Source of the DNA: a virus
Virus record (IMG/VR): IMGVR_UViG_3300045988_076562
Span: 1 to 34,686 of that record
Length of the DNA stretch: 34,686 nucleotides
Strand: one strand, 5' to 3'
Shown here: one piece after another, positions 1 to 10,211 of the stretch
How positions within the stretch are numbered: the first letter of the stretch is position 1
How the letters are laid out: every line of letters begins with the position of its first letter
Made by a program: the position numbers and the translations under genes
Notes under the pieces: generated by a model
The model's input: only the letters and a program-made list of their open reading frames with translations
Told to the model about the DNA's origin: nothing
The model's database searches: none

Positions 1-49
1 CCGCTGACGATGTAGCCTTAATTGGCAGCGGGAAAGTTGGAAAGGCAAA
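1..49. repeat. Terminal direct repeat copy 1 (identical to 34638-34686)
   Basis: Base-by-base comparison: ccgctgacgatgtagccttaattggcagcgggaaagttggaaaggcaaa at both ends. Confidence 0.95.
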
Positions 50-71
50 AGTAGGAAAAGCGGAATAAATC

Positions 72-91
72 GGGCGGTTTATTTGCCGCCC
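72..91 (+). terminator. Hairpin terminator between the capsid gene (across the junction) and the tail chaperone gene
   Basis: gggcgg-tttatttg-ccgccc stem-loop followed by ttaat. The T tract is weak. Confidence 0.5.
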
Positions 92-107
92 TTAATGGAG
101 GAAGAAG

Positions 108-470
108 ATGGAGAAAACAATTTACATCGATAGAAAAGCAGTGAAATTGAAATCAACGGCAGCTTTACCGAAAAGATATAAAGCACAGTTCGGCAGAGAT
201 TATTTTGCAGACTTGATGAAAATAGCAAAAGTTTTCGGAAGAGGCACAAGAAAAAATATCGGGATCAATGATATTTCATTTGCATCACTCGACCATATGG
301 ATATGGAAGTATTTTACGATATTATCTGGACAATGGCAAAGACGGCAGACCGAACAATTCCAGACCCATTGGAATGGCTGGACGGATTTGAAGTGTTCCC
401 ATTCAATGAAATCATGGGAGAGGTAAAAGATTTGTTTACAGATACAATACCAGCGAGTAAAAAAAAATAA
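108..470 (+). CDS. Tail assembly chaperone (gpG-like)
   Basis: 120-aa ORF directly upstream of the tape measure gene. RBS is ggaggaag. Ends in an A9 run. Position and size are typical of siphovirus G chaperones. Confidence 0.85.
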   Translation: MEKTIYIDRKAVKLKSTAALPKRYKAQFGRDYFADLMKIAKVFGRGTRKNIGINDISFASLDHMDMEVFYDIIWTMAKTADRTIPDPLEWLDGFEVFPFNEIMGEVKDLFTDTIPASKKK

Positions 471-676
471 ATGATAAAGATTCGTCCAGTGGAGAAGCGT
501 TCACGAATGAATCTTTTTTTTATGTTTGCAGACAAGTTGGACTGACAAGTGAAGATATGGAAGAAATGACCATTGGTGATTGTTTGGACTATGTGCAGGA
601 GTATATTGATAATCAGAAAAAGGATGAAAAGCCGACTGCGAGAAAAGCAACACAGGAAGATTTTGATAATTTTTAA
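108..676 (+). CDS. Frameshift-extended tail assembly chaperone (gpGT-like, -1 slip in the A run at 459-467)
   Basis: The -1 frame is open from 461 to the taa at 674-676 (72 codons). It has no plausible start or RBS of its own and ends 12 nt before the TMP start. Confidence 0.75.
459..467 (+). promoter_or_regulatory. Slippery A9 run for programmed -1 ribosomal frameshifting
   Basis: aaaaaaaaa immediately before the frame-0 stop taa (468-470). Codons AAA AAA AAA allow tRNA-Lys re-pairing in the -1 frame. Confidence 0.7.
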
Positions 677-688
677 CGGAGGTATGAA

Positions 689-3600
689 GTGGCGAATAAG
701 AAAATAAAAGGAATCACAATAAAATTCGGTGCGGATACAATGGCGCTCGATAAGGCTTTAAAAGATGTAGATAAAACATCCAAAAGTCTTGGAGGAGAAT
801 TGAAATCTGTAAATAGATTATTGAAGTTCGATCCAAAGAATACGCAGTTGCTTGCGCAGAAACAAGAGCTTCTAAACGAACAGATCGGGAACACAAATAA
901 AAAACTGGATGCGCTGAAGCAAGCACAAAGTGAAGTTGAGAAAAGGTTTAAATCAGGAAATCTTGGAGTAGATGAATATCGAGAGTTTCAGAGGACAATC
1001 GCAAATACAGAGCAAGATTTAAAATCTTATACATCGCAATTGGAAAAATTAAATGATGTATCTGGAAAAGTGGCAGGTAAAATACAAAATGCAGGAGAAT
1101 CTGTTCAGAAAATTGGTGGAAAGGTAAGTACTGCCGGAAAAGCTCTTGCACCATTGAGTGGGGCATTTGCAGGAGCAGGGCTTGCCTCATCGAAAATGAG
1201 CATGGATTTTGAGGAAGCAATTGCGAAAGTAAGCACAATTGCAGATGAAACAGAAGTGCCAATCTCTGAGCTAGAAAAAGGAATTATAAACTTGTCAAAT
1301 CAGACAGGAATAAGTGCAGCAGAAATTGCAGATAACGTATATAACGCAATTTCGGCAGGACAGAAAACAGTAGATGCACTTGCATTTGTAGAAAAGTCTA
1401 CGAAACTTGCAAAAGCAGGATTCGCAGATGCCGGAAGTGCTTTGGATGTATTGACCACAATCATGAATGCCTATGGGCTAGAGGCAAGTGAAGTTGGAAA
1501 AGTTTCCGATATGCTTATCCAGACGCAAAACAAAGGTAAAACGACAGTTGGAGAACTTGCATCAACAATGGGGAAGATTATCCCGACTGCAAAGGCAAAC
1601 AATGTAGCGCTAGATCAGATAACGACAGGGTATGTTAAACTGACATCTAATGGTGTAGCAGCGGCTGAATCTACTACATATATGAACTCCATGTTGAATG
1701 AGCTTGGGAAGTCTGGAACAAAAGTTTCTGATTTACTGAAGAAGAAAACAGGGCAATCGTTTGCGGAATTGATGCAATCCGGAATGAGTCTTGCAGATGC
1801 TTTAGAAATCGTATCAAATGGAACAAAAGAGCAGGGACTGGCATTTGGTGATATGTGGGGGAGTGCAGAGGCGGCGAAGGCTGGGCTTGTACTTCTTGGA
1901 GATGGAGCCCAGGGTTTTAATTCAACGCTAGATGAAATGAGAAATTCAACAGGCGCAACAGAAGAAGCGCTTGGAAAGTTAGAAACGAAATCAGATGCAT
2001 TTAGAAAAACATTTAATGAGTTGAAAAATGTAATGATTGCGCTTGGAGATGCTTTATTAGAAGTGCTTGCTCCTGTTATAGAAGTAGTGGTAGATAAAGT
2101 AAAAGAGTTTTCGAAGTGGTTTTCTGAATTAAATGATGAATCAAAAAAGATCATTGCTGTAGGAACCATTGTTGTAGCGGCGTTGGCTCCCGTATTATTA
2201 ATTGTAGGCAAAATAATCGGAAGCATCGGAAGCTTGATTAGTATTTTGGGGTCAATAGCAGGAGCGATAGGGGCACCAGCACTGGCGATAATAGGGGCGG
2301 TCGCAGCGGTTGCGGGAGCGTTTGCTATTGCGTATGCAAAAATAGAACCATTTAGAGAATTTGTAAATGGGCTGATAGATGACATAAGAAAGTTTGCGGA
2401 GAATGTATATAACACATATATAGGGCCTGCTTTGGAGGAAGTCAAAGGTGCATTTGAAGATGCACTATCAGCAATTACTGGATTTTGGAACGAATACGGA
2501 GAACAAATTTGGGAAGCAGTTCAGAATCTTTTTACTATACTTTCTCCTATTATTTTTGGAGCACTAGAAGGAATAGCGGGATTTGTAGATAGCACCTTGG
2601 GAAATTTGATGAATACAATACAAATTTTTTGGGAGTTCATAAAAGGATTCTTCGAATCCAATTTCGAGATTTTGAAAGGAATTATCAAGGCATTTTCTGG
2701 TTTCTTCACAGGCGATATGGAGACTATGACAAGTGGAATTAAAGATATATTTGATGGATTTTTCAAAAGCATTGAGAATGGATTTACGTTTTTGAAAGAT
2801 ACACTGGGTGGCATTATAAAAGGGATTGCAAATACGATCTGCGGAACGCTCGGAGGTGCGATTAATGGAGTGATTAAGGGAATAAACTGGATTTTGAATG
2901 CAGTAGGATCGGATAAATCATTCGATGAATGGAATGTTCCGAAGTTTGCAAAAGGAACAGGAGGACTCCCCAGAGATACTATTGGAGTTGTAAACGACCA
3001 GAAGGGGTCTACTTATAAAGAAATGATTATACCGCCAGACGGAAAGCCATTCATCCCGGAAGGGCGTGACGTGGTGCTTCCAATGAAAAAAGGCACAAAA
3101 ATCATGCCAGCAAATCAGACAAAGAGTTTTCTAGATGGACTTCCGCATTTTGCAAGTGGAATAGGAGATTTCTTTAGTGGCATTTGGGATACGGTAAAAG
3201 AATTTAGCGGTAGTGTATGGGATTACCTTAAGAATCCGGGAGATATTGTCAAAATTGCGATTGATAAGTTCGCAGATCTGACAAATGCATTTGAGCCATG
3301 GATTACGGTTGCAAAAGGCGCAATTAATACCGTATTTGATAGTGTTGTAGATTTTATTACTGGGATTTTTGATGAAAAGTCGCATGTAAACTACACACCG
3401 GGAGCAGGAGTGGAACAGTGGAGAAAACTTGCGGAGCAAGCACTTAGAATGACGAATCAATATTCTGATGCTAATTTGAATTTGCTCTTATATCAGATGC
3501 AGACCGAATCTGGAGGAAACCCAAACGCGATTAATGATTGGGATATTAATGCTATCAATGGAACACCATCAAAAGGATTAATGCAAGTAATCGATCCAAC

Positions 3601-4087
3601 ATTCCGAGCGTATGCAATGCCTGGATACGATACAAATATTTGGGATCCGCTATCAAATATGCTTGCAGCGATCAGATACACCGTATCGAGATACGGAAGT
3701 CTTGCAAGCGGCTGGAATGGACACGGATATGCAGCCGGAATTGGAAATATTCATTTAAGCGATATTTTCCCAGAACTTCCAACACTCGATGTGTCATGGT
3801 TTAAAGAGGGCGGAATTTTAACAAAGCCGGCATTTTTCCAGATGTCAAGTGGTAAGGTAGGGGGCGCTGGGGAAGCGGGACCAGAAGCAATTGCGCCGAT
3901 TCGAAAGCTTAAAGAATATATAAAAGAAGCAGTACTAGAGGTTGCGGGAGAAAAAGATATAAATATAAATGTATCACTAACTGTTCCGCTAGATGGAAAA
4001 GTGCTTGCAGAGGGGACTGTGAATTTTATGAGACCGCTCTTAAAGAAAAAAGAAAGATTTAATCATTTGCTTGAGGGGGTTAGATAA
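689..4087 (+). CDS. Tape measure protein with C-terminal lytic transglycosylase (SLT) domain
   Basis: 1132 aa, GTG start 6 nt after ggagg. N-terminal coiled coil and Gly/Ala-rich hydrophobic core. SLT motifs QTESGGNP...GLMQV...AAIRY at about 3408-3710. Confidence 0.95.
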   Translation: MANKKIKGITIKFGADTMALDKALKDVDKTSKSLGGELKSVNRLLKFDPKNTQLLAQKQELLNEQIGNTNKKLDALKQAQSEVEKRFKSGNLGVDEYREFQRTIANTEQDLKSYTSQLEKLNDVSGKVAGKIQNAGESVQKIGGKVSTAGKALAPLSGAFAGAGLASSKMSMDFEEAIAKVSTIADETEVPISELEKGIINLSNQTGISAAEIADNVYNAISAGQKTVDALAFVEKSTKLAKAGFADAGSALDVLTTIMNAYGLEASEVGKVSDMLIQTQNKGKTTVGELASTMGKIIPTAKANNVALDQITTGYVKLTSNGVAAAESTTYMNSMLNELGKSGTKVSDLLKKKTGQSFAELMQSGMSLADALEIVSNGTKEQGLAFGDMWGSAEAAKAGLVLLGDGAQGFNSTLDEMRNSTGATEEALGKLETKSDAFRKTFNELKNVMIALGDALLEVLAPVIEVVVDKVKEFSKWFSELNDESKKIIAVGTIVVAALAPVLLIVGKIIGSIGSLISILGSIAGAIGAPALAIIGAVAAVAGAFAIAYAKIEPFREFVNGLIDDIRKFAENVYNTYIGPALEEVKGAFEDALSAITGFWNEYGEQIWEAVQNLFTILSPIIFGALEGIAGFVDSTLGNLMNTIQIFWEFIKGFFESNFEILKGIIKAFSGFFTGDMETMTSGIKDIFDGFFKSIENGFTFLKDTLGGIIKGIANTICGTLGGAINGVIKGINWILNAVGSDKSFDEWNVPKFAKGTGGLPRDTIGVVNDQKGSTYKEMIIPPDGKPFIPEGRDVVLPMKKGTKIMPANQTKSFLDGLPHFASGIGDFFSGIWDTVKEFSGSVWDYLKNPGDIVKIAIDKFADLTNAFEPWITVAKGAINTVFDSVVDFITGIFDEKSHVNYTPGAGVEQWRKLAEQALRMTNQYSDANLNLLLYQMQTESGGNPNAINDWDINAINGTPSKGLMQVIDPTFRAYAMPGYDTNIWDPLSNMLAAIRYTVSRYGSLASGWNGHGYAAGIGNIHLSDIFPELPTLDVSWFKEGGILTKPAFFQMSSGKVGGAGEAGPEAIAPIRKLKEYIKEAVLEVAGEKDININVSLTVPLDGKVLAEGTVNFMRPLLKKKERFNHLLEGVR

Positions 4088-5544
4088 TGGGGTTACTCAC
4101 TGTTACATACAAAGGAGAGAAGTTGCCGATTAAAATTGTAAAAGTCAATAGGAATCTTTCTGCTCCAATCTCCAGCAATTTGAAAAAGATTGGAATTAGG
4201 AACGGAAAGGGTTTCGATTATGTAACGCAAGAAGAAAAGCAAATCGCTATTGAATATGTGATTAATAATGGGACTGCAGAAAATTTGAAAGATTTTAGGC
4301 GGAAAATGGCGAAATTATTAACATCTGACAAGATGGGCAAATTGATTTTTAGTGATGAACCTAATCTATATTACAATGCGATTTTAAATGGTGAACCAAC
4401 ACTCGATGAAGAATATTTGCAAAGCAGTGGAATTATTACGTTTATCATTCCTGATGGAATCGCACATTCGACAATTCAAAAAACTTTTCAAGCCTCCCTC
4501 AATCACGAAAGAGTAATGGAAATGACAATTTCTAACACTGGGACAGAATCTGTTCCAGTAGATTATGAGATTAAGCATAATCATGAAAATGGGTTTATTG
4601 GTATTGTGTCTGAGTATGGGGTGATTCAGCTTGGACATGTCAATGAGATGGATATGGAAGAAAAGGAAAAGTCAGAATATCTCCTTAATTATCGGCAAGC
4701 ATCCCAGTACGATGCGATGCGCAGCGGATCAGGAATATTTTTTGATCCAAGCTATGGAAAATCTGGTACGTTTGGGACATATAACTATGATAATAAGACC
4801 TGGGTAAGCCTAGCAAGTGCCGGTGTAGGTTCTGGCTGGCATGGAGCGGCAAGAACAATCGATTTACCGCCGGATCAAACAGGAATTTCCGGTTCTGCCA
4901 ACTTTGCCATGCAAGGGAAGGTATGGTTTCGCCCAACATCGACAAACCAGTGCGGGATTATAGAGTATTGCATTGCAGATAAGAACGGAAGGCATCTTGC
5001 ATCTGCAAGGATAGCGAAATGGGACCCTGTCACGGATACAGCACTTCTGATATTATGTGTCAACGGCAAAGAGATGAAGCGTGTAGAATTTAACAGTGCG
5101 TTATCAGAATTATTTGTCCACAATCGAGGAGATTTCTATATTTTCAAATCCGGAAAGAAAATCATATTTTGCTTTGGAGGTTTGTATGACTTCAACATTC
5201 CAGAAATCGAGAAAATGGAAGCTAAGACGGTATCTGTATTTATCGGACAGCGGGATAATTATCCGGTTATTCCGAAAATGTATCTGAATTACCTTGTGTT
5301 TCGGAAAGATAAAGTAAAAACGTGGCTTGATATTCCAAATAGATACCCATCGGGGAGTATTGTTACAATCGATGGAAAAAGCCGAAAAGTATATATGGAT
5401 GGTATTCAGAGGGCAGCGGATGAAGTGCGTGGAAGCAAGTATTTTAATGTCCCACCGGGAGAAACGAAAATACAGTTCTACTACTCAAATTTTTGTAGCC
5501 CACCGCCAACGATTACAGCAAAAATACAGGAGGCATATTTATAA
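4087..5544 (+). CDS. Distal tail protein (Dit), extended form
   Basis: 485-aa ORF translationally coupled to TMP (ATG overlaps its stop), in the canonical Dit position. Longer than a minimal Dit. Confidence 0.8.
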   Translation: MGLLTVTYKGEKLPIKIVKVNRNLSAPISSNLKKIGIRNGKGFDYVTQEEKQIAIEYVINNGTAENLKDFRRKMAKLLTSDKMGKLIFSDEPNLYYNAILNGEPTLDEEYLQSSGIITFIIPDGIAHSTIQKTFQASLNHERVMEMTISNTGTESVPVDYEIKHNHENGFIGIVSEYGVIQLGHVNEMDMEEKEKSEYLLNYRQASQYDAMRSGSGIFFDPSYGKSGTFGTYNYDNKTWVSLASAGVGSGWHGAARTIDLPPDQTGISGSANFAMQGKVWFRPTSTNQCGIIEYCIADKNGRHLASARIAKWDPVTDTALLILCVNGKEMKRVEFNSALSELFVHNRGDFYIFKSGKKIIFCFGGLYDFNIPEIEKMEAKTVSVFIGQRDNYPVIPKMYLNYLVFRKDKVKTWLDIPNRYPSGSIVTIDGKSRKVYMDGIQRAADEVRGSKYFNVPPGETKIQFYYSNFCSPPPTITAKIQEAYL

Positions 5545-8500
5545 TGGAAAATATTAGAATTGCAGTCTTGAGTGCAAATGATGAGCTGCACACATTTATG
5601 GACAATGAGGCTCCTGAGGCATTGCATTATTACGAGGATGAGCTGCATGAGTATTTGCAGGGAGCAGCGAACACATTCGCTTTTACAGCTATGGCGAAGC
5701 ATCAGGATTCGATTTATCTCGTAGAAGGGAATAAATTAGCTTTTGTATACAATGGCAGAGATTACTACCTTAATATTATGTCTGTAAGCCGGGATGAGTA
5801 TGAAGTAGAGATAGAGGCGTTCTCTACCTCTTTCGAGCTGCTGAACGAATCGGTCGGTGAATATGATCCCGGAAAAGCGGTATCGTTTGAATCTTATTTA
5901 AATACTTTTGATCCGGAGCATTCGCTCTCGCTCGGAATCAACGAAGTTTCCGAACTGAATGTCTGGCATAAGTTCACGGGGCAAGAGACCATTTTAAAAA
6001 GATTGTATTCCGTTGCAGATATGTTTCTAGCGGAATTGGAGTTTGTTCCGGAACTGAACGCGGATCACTCGTTGAAAAGGATTATATTAAATGTATATAG
6101 AGAACACTCAGACAAGAATCAGGGAGTTGGAAAAGACCGAACAGACATCAAGCTAAGATATGGAGTCAATGTAAATGGAATCCGCAAGACAACGGATATA
6201 ACAGAGCTTGCAACGGCTATTAGACCAACCGGCGCAGATGGACTCAATCTTCTGGGGTTCGAGTCTACCAGAAAAGACGAGAAGGGGAATATTGAGTTCC
6301 AAACAGTAAAAAATTCTTATGATATTTGGGCTGTGCAGGCGAGGGATCGGTTCCCATCAAATCGAGTGTCTTACGACAGATATATCGTGAAGACAAAAGA
6401 ATATGAGGAGCACGATGTAAATTCGCTGTTTTTAACTGCACTGAACGACCTAAAAAAGATGTCTGTTCCGAAAGTAACTTATGAAGTAGATGGATATTTT
6501 GACACCGGAATCGGCGATACGGTAATGATTGAAGATGATGGGTACAATCCTACACTTTACTTGCAGGCGAGAGTGTCAGAGCAGGTGCGAAGCTTTACGG
6601 AACCGTCCCGAAATAAGACGATATTTTCCAATTTTAAAGAGTTACAGTCGCAGGTAGATACTTCCTTGCTTGACAAGATGAATACACTCATACAAGAGAA
6701 TAAGACATATAACTGCATTATTTTAAGCGATAACGGAATCGTCTTTAAGAACGGAGAAGGGACAACGACTCTTACAGCATCAGTTACGGCGCCGGGCGCT
6801 GATTTGACTGATAAATTCGCAATCATTTGGAAAAAAGATGGTAGCGAAATAGCGCGAGAAAAGAGCATCGTTGTATCCGCTGCGGACATTGTAGGGAAAG
6901 CGGTTTATCGTTTTGAAGCAATGGAAGGCGAAAAGCTGAGAGGCTATTACGAAGTCACTGTAAGCAATGTGGATGACGGAGAAGCAGGAAGCCCCGGAAA
7001 ATCTTATTATACATGGATTAAGTTTGCGGATGACGGACTGGGGAATGGCATGTCTGATTATCCGGACGGCAAGCAATATATGGGAATTGCATATAATAAG
7101 GAAACGCTAGAGGAATCCAATAATGCGAAAGATTACCAGTGGGCGAGAATCACTGGGGAGGGAATACCGGGACCACCTGGAGACAATGGCGTTACCTATT
7201 ATACGTGGGTGAGATACGCAGAGGATTTATATGGAAATGGGATGTCTGATAGTCCGAATGGGAAATATTACATCGGATTAGCTTTTAATAAAGAATCGCC
7301 AATAGAGAGCAGTGATCCACGAGAATACCAGTGGTCTAAATACAGAGGAGATGATGGTACACCGGGGATTAACGGAGAAGACGGAAAGACAACATACTTC
7401 CATGTAAAATATAGTTCGGTTCCAAATCCTACATCATCATGGGAAATGACTGAAACTCCAAGCAAATATATCGGGACTTACGTGGACTTTTTAATACAGG
7501 ATAGTACCAACCCAAGAGATTATGCATGGACGCAATTTCAGGGAGATCCGGGGCAGAATGGAATACCTGGAACCAACGGACATGATGGCAGAACATCTTA
7601 CTTGCATATCGCTTATGCAAATAGTGCAGATGGGAATACAGACTTCTCAACTACTGCAAGCGCCGGCAAGACTTATATGGGACAGTACGTGGATTACGAG
7701 GAAAGAGATAGCGAGAACCCATATATGTATAAGTGGTCCAAGATAAAAGGAGAGGACGGTACAGACGGACAAGATGGTGTAGGCATTAGCCGAATCACGA
7801 AATATTACCTTGCATCCGAAAGAAGCGCTGGAATCACAGTAAATACTTATGGATGGTCAACTTCTATGCAGGAGATGACCGCAGAGAAAAAATATCTATG
7901 GAGTTACGACAAAATCGATTATACAAACAGCACATCTGTAGATACAACTCCGATTATTATCGGTGTACGCGGCGAAAGTGGGGAGAACGGCATTGTTGTA
8001 TCCAAGACTCCTCCAGACAATCCGCAAGTAGGACAGCTATGGCAGACAGAATCCGGGCAACCGATTATGCGGTGGGATGGCGCGAGATGGGTGTTACATT
8101 ATATAGCAGTAGAGAACCTTGATGTAAAGAAGCTATCTGCGATCACGGCAGATCTGGGAGAAGTAACAGCTGGAAATATATCTAATCCAAAGAAAACATT
8201 CGTTGCAGATATTGCAAACGGAACGATTACATCCAAAGCATCCGAACAAACAGGTGCTGATTATATGGTCCTTAGACAAGGATCTGTATTTTTCGAAGGA
8301 AATGATCCCGGAACCAACCGAATTAATGCGAATTATCTAGGATACGGAATGATATTTAACAATATCTCCGGAGGCAAGTCTATGCGAATGTTGTACGAAA
8401 ACGGCGAGATGTATCTGTATCAGTCAGCAAAAGCAGGGATTCCATTGTACGAAAATCTGTCAATGTTAGAAAACGGTCCCAAGGTATTGGCAGAAGGAAA

Positions 8501-8783
8501 AGAGTTGGCAGAGGGAGGAAGCTTTAAAGTATCAGGCTCGAAGGGATTGCTATTATTAGAGGTAGCAAATAGCAGCGCAAGAAGCAGAAAGATGGAAGTT
8601 TTTATAAAAGGAATCAACGCAGAGCGAAACATCCATATCAGCTACGCAGATGGGACATCTCTAAACATTACGATTACAGTTACATGGAGTGGAAGTAATG
8701 CAACGATTAAATGTACTCGATTCTGGGCAGAGGGGCAGTGGAGCGGTGGAACAAGTCAGATTTATTACGCTTATACAATTTAG
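5544..8783 (+). CDS. Tail-associated lysin-like / tail fibre protein (Tal) with internal tandem repeats
   Basis: 1079 aa, coupled to Dit. The N-terminal region resembles prophage tail endopeptidase-type Tal. Repeats and collagen-like triplets in the middle. Confidence 0.85.
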   Translation: MENIRIAVLSANDELHTFMDNEAPEALHYYEDELHEYLQGAANTFAFTAMAKHQDSIYLVEGNKLAFVYNGRDYYLNIMSVSRDEYEVEIEAFSTSFELLNESVGEYDPGKAVSFESYLNTFDPEHSLSLGINEVSELNVWHKFTGQETILKRLYSVADMFLAELEFVPELNADHSLKRIILNVYREHSDKNQGVGKDRTDIKLRYGVNVNGIRKTTDITELATAIRPTGADGLNLLGFESTRKDEKGNIEFQTVKNSYDIWAVQARDRFPSNRVSYDRYIVKTKEYEEHDVNSLFLTALNDLKKMSVPKVTYEVDGYFDTGIGDTVMIEDDGYNPTLYLQARVSEQVRSFTEPSRNKTIFSNFKELQSQVDTSLLDKMNTLIQENKTYNCIILSDNGIVFKNGEGTTTLTASVTAPGADLTDKFAIIWKKDGSEIAREKSIVVSAADIVGKAVYRFEAMEGEKLRGYYEVTVSNVDDGEAGSPGKSYYTWIKFADDGLGNGMSDYPDGKQYMGIAYNKETLEESNNAKDYQWARITGEGIPGPPGDNGVTYYTWVRYAEDLYGNGMSDSPNGKYYIGLAFNKESPIESSDPREYQWSKYRGDDGTPGINGEDGKTTYFHVKYSSVPNPTSSWEMTETPSKYIGTYVDFLIQDSTNPRDYAWTQFQGDPGQNGIPGTNGHDGRTSYLHIAYANSADGNTDFSTTASAGKTYMGQYVDYEERDSENPYMYKWSKIKGEDGTDGQDGVGISRITKYYLASERSAGITVNTYGWSTSMQEMTAEKKYLWSYDKIDYTNSTSVDTTPIIIGVRGESGENGIVVSKTPPDNPQVGQLWQTESGQPIMRWDGARWVLHYIAVENLDVKKLSAITADLGEVTAGNISNPKKTFVADIANGTITSKASEQTGADYMVLRQGSVFFEGNDPGTNRINANYLGYGMIFNNISGGKSMRMLYENGEMYLYQSAKAGIPLYENLSMLENGPKVLAEGKELAEGGSFKVSGSKGLLLLEVANSSARSRKMEVFIKGINAERNIHISYADGTSLNITITVTWSGSNATIKCTRFWAEGQWSGGTSQIYYAYTI
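6978..7778 (+). repeat. Four in-frame tandem repeat units (63-68 aa each), each ending in Gly-X-Y collagen-like triplets
   Basis: Units start at 7002, 7191, 7386 and 7590. Shared pattern: Y-x-[WH]-[IV]-[KRA]-[FY]...Y-[MI]-G...[DE]-Y-x-W-[AST]...G then GXY runs (GEGIPGPPGDNG, GDDGTPGINGEDG, GDPGQNGIPGTNGHDG, GEDGTDGQDG). Confidence 0.85.
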
Positions 8784-8795
8784 GAGGTGACAATC

Positions 8796-9077
8796 ATGCT
8801 TATTAAAAGACAACCAACAACAAGTGAAAAAGCATTAAAATTCGAATTTAGTATCAAAGGAAGTAAGTTCCTTATAAAGAACTTTACGGATGGAGATATT
8901 TATGTTGATCTAGGAGAAAATGAGAATAAGGAAGTTATGATTCTGATTCCTGCTGCGACATCACAAATATGTATGATCCAAGAACTTGGGACACCGTGGA
9001 GTCAAACGGATGTGGTGACAATCATCCCCACAGCAACCAGCGAAAAAGGAGTTGAAGTACAATGCTTAAAATGGTAG
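8796..9077 (+). CDS. Hypothetical small tail-module protein
   Basis: ATG 8 nt after aggagg (8782-8787). The GTG at 8787 in the ORF track overlaps the RBS itself. Confidence 0.65.
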   Translation: MLIKRQPTTSEKALKFEFSIKGSKFLIKNFTDGDIYVDLGENENKEVMILIPAATSQICMIQELGTPWSQTDVVTIIPTATSEKGVEVQCLKW

Positions 9078-10210
9078 ATGGAACAGGAATCATCGGTGTT
9101 GATATGGTATGCCCTCTAGGTGGTGCTGTATCCCCTCCACAGCCACCAAACTTCGACAAGGTAGAGATGGAAGGGGTAGGGAGTTTAATGCTTCCAAACA
9201 GCTTAAAAGCGCCGTTGGAGAGGGTGGAATTACTCGGCAATAGTGTGCAGGGAGAGAATCCAGCGCCGGACAATCCGCAGGAGATTAAATCGGCAGGAAG
9301 GCTCGATGAAGCGAGCGGGAAATACTTGCTCGATGTGAAAGTGACTGGGAGAAACATTCTTAGCGATGTTAAAGGCATGTATAATATTTTTGTTCCATGT
9401 CCTATTAAAGCAGGTACAACAGTTACACTAATAACAAATGGAGTGGAAAGTGACGGCGGAAATATTTTATTCACAACGGATAGTGGCGAAGATTATTGGT
9501 ATGCAATCGACAAGGGAGTAACAAAAGTTGCTAGGAGCATCAATAAAAATGTGATTGGGTTTAAAAATCTATTACAAAAAAAGGATGGATTAAAATATTG
9601 CTTAGTTATAGGCGATACCGATAACTACGAACCTTACACTGAGCAATCCGTACAAATCGCCCTAGATGTGCCTTTGATGGGCATCGTAAGAATAACTGAT
9701 GGTAAAAACGTGCAAGAAGCACTAAAATCAAGCGGAATTACAAGACGTTTTAAACGATTTGAAATAACGAAAGATACACCTATTACATATACACTTGGGC
9801 AATACGGAGCACCTGAAACAAATACGGTTATCTGTCGGTACAAAGATACCAGTTTAAAGAAAGCAGGAGCGATACTTTGTGGAGAATTAAAGAATATTAA
9901 TAATTGGGCAAAAGAAGAGGAATCAGTTTCTATGACAGAACAAGGAATTGATTTCAGACTAAGCCGTGAAAGATTGGGTCTGGGAAGTGATACAACACCA
10001 GAAGAAAATAAGGTGGCAGTAATCAAATATCTTACAGACCACCCATTGCATTGTGTCGCAGAACTCAATGTACCCACCACAGAACCTCTCCCGGAATCCG
10101 TACAACAGCAATTACAAGCCTTACACAGCGAGAACGGAGTGACGCATGTATTTGTAGACAGCGGAGAAGTACCATGTGGAATCAAATTAACCTATCGAAA
10201 GGAGATTTAA
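9062..10210 (+). CDS. Putative tail fibre / receptor-binding protein
   Basis: 382-aa ORF downstream of Tal with an aggag RBS. The functional call is by position only. Confidence 0.6.
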   Translation: MLKMVDGTGIIGVDMVCPLGGAVSPPQPPNFDKVEMEGVGSLMLPNSLKAPLERVELLGNSVQGENPAPDNPQEIKSAGRLDEASGKYLLDVKVTGRNILSDVKGMYNIFVPCPIKAGTTVTLITNGVESDGGNILFTTDSGEDYWYAIDKGVTKVARSINKNVIGFKNLLQKKDGLKYCLVIGDTDNYEPYTEQSVQIALDVPLMGIVRITDGKNVQEALKSSGITRRFKRFEITKDTPITYTLGQYGAPETNTVICRYKDTSLKKAGAILCGELKNINNWAKEEESVSMTEQGIDFRLSRERLGLGSDTTPEENKVAVIKYLTDHPLHCVAELNVPTTEPLPESVQQQLQALHSENGVTHVFVDSGEVPCGIKLTYRKEI

Positions 10211-10211
10211 T

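Noticed and set aside
1-49. The 49-bp direct repeats as attL/attR-type integration scars
   Set aside because: They sit at the exact window ends inside the structural operon. The integrase is a serine recombinase, which leaves no long direct repeats. A circular-contig overlap is the simpler reading.
1615-2445. Long antisense ORFs inside large genes (for example 1615-2445, 9634-10185, 30052-30504, 13052-13426, 32281-32670)
   Set aside because: They lie fully inside well-supported genes on the opposite strand. They lack an RBS and have low-complexity or odd composition, so they are frame shadows of the real genes.
6978-7778. Tail-fibre repeats as the variable region of a diversity-generating retroelement
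   Set aside because: No reverse transcriptase gene and no template-repeat copy elsewhere in the window. The repeats are diverged at the DNA level, not restricted to adenine-specific differences.
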